Part shown: piece after piece, positions 30,391 through 30,467 of the stretch
Layout: each line of letters opens with the position of its first letter
Numbering within the stretch: the first letter of the stretch is position 1
Virus record (IMG/VR): IMGVR_UViG_3300050506_000125
Length of the DNA stretch: 30,467 nt
Source: a virus
Strand: one strand, 5' to 3'
Program-made: the position numbers and the translations under genes
Notes under the pieces: generated by a model
What the model saw: only the letters and a program-made list of their open reading frames with translations
Database searches by the model: none
Told to the model about the DNA's origin: nothing

Positions 30391-30467
30391 TTGTAAAATG
30401 GTTCTCCTTTCTTTGGATTTGTCTTGGCTAGTTTTCTAAAGAACTCTAAAGGTTCTCCATAGGTCAT
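30341..30467. repeat. Right copy of the 127-nt exact direct terminal repeat
   Basis: Identical to 1-127. Confidence 0.95.
30387..30467 (-). CDS. Mini-ORF (26 aa), first cistron of the structural operon
   Basis: Sequence: MTYGEPLEFFRKLAKTNPKKGEPFYK. Same bases as 47-127. In the circle, TTCTATATC lies about 20 nt upstream of its ATG (rc of 128-150). Confidence 0.25.
   Translation of the reverse strand: MTYGEPLEFFRKLAKTNPKKGEPFYK

Overview
The window is one complete circular replicon plus an assembly overlap. Bases 1-127 recur exactly at 30341-30467, so the unit circle is 30,340 bp. It is AT-rich by eye and almost entirely coding. Most genes are chained by ATGA, TAATG or TTGA stop/start overlaps, or sit behind TATA-like boxes about 25-30 nt upstream of the start (leaderless style), with GGAGGT/GGTGA-type SD sites inside operons.

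Gene content points to a temperate archaeal virus of the spindle-shaped (fusellovirus-like) kind, not a tailed phage:
- two small two-helix hydrophobic proteins that resemble SSV1 VP1/VP3-type capsid proteins
- a block of signal-peptide and TM glycoprotein candidates, including a 1012-aa adhesin-like protein
- a short tyrosine integrase and a P-loop ATPase
- a winged-helix regulator and a candidate ribbon-helix-helix regulator
- two N6-adenine DNA methyltransferases and an HNH nuclease
- a DUF2493/SLOG-like protein, several C2H2 zinc fingers and very many CxxC mini-proteins

I see no DNA polymerase, primase, Rep, terminase, portal, or HK97/jelly-roll capsid.

Transcription is laid out around one divergence point (19123/19226) and one convergence point (about 23545-23683).

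The most checkable oddities:
1. A structural glycoprotein gene has its start codon and signal peptide in different frames, separated by an A10 run.
2. A mirror-symmetric divergent promoter pair carries a repeated CGTACGTTnnCGTAC box.
3. A GC-rich tRNA-like fragment could be attP.
4. A duplicated 41-nt composite repeat sits in the largest non-coding gap.
5. A 654-aa Cys-free, low-complexity protein is present.

All family assignments come from motifs read by eye and from memory. No database search was possible. Host identity is unknown.
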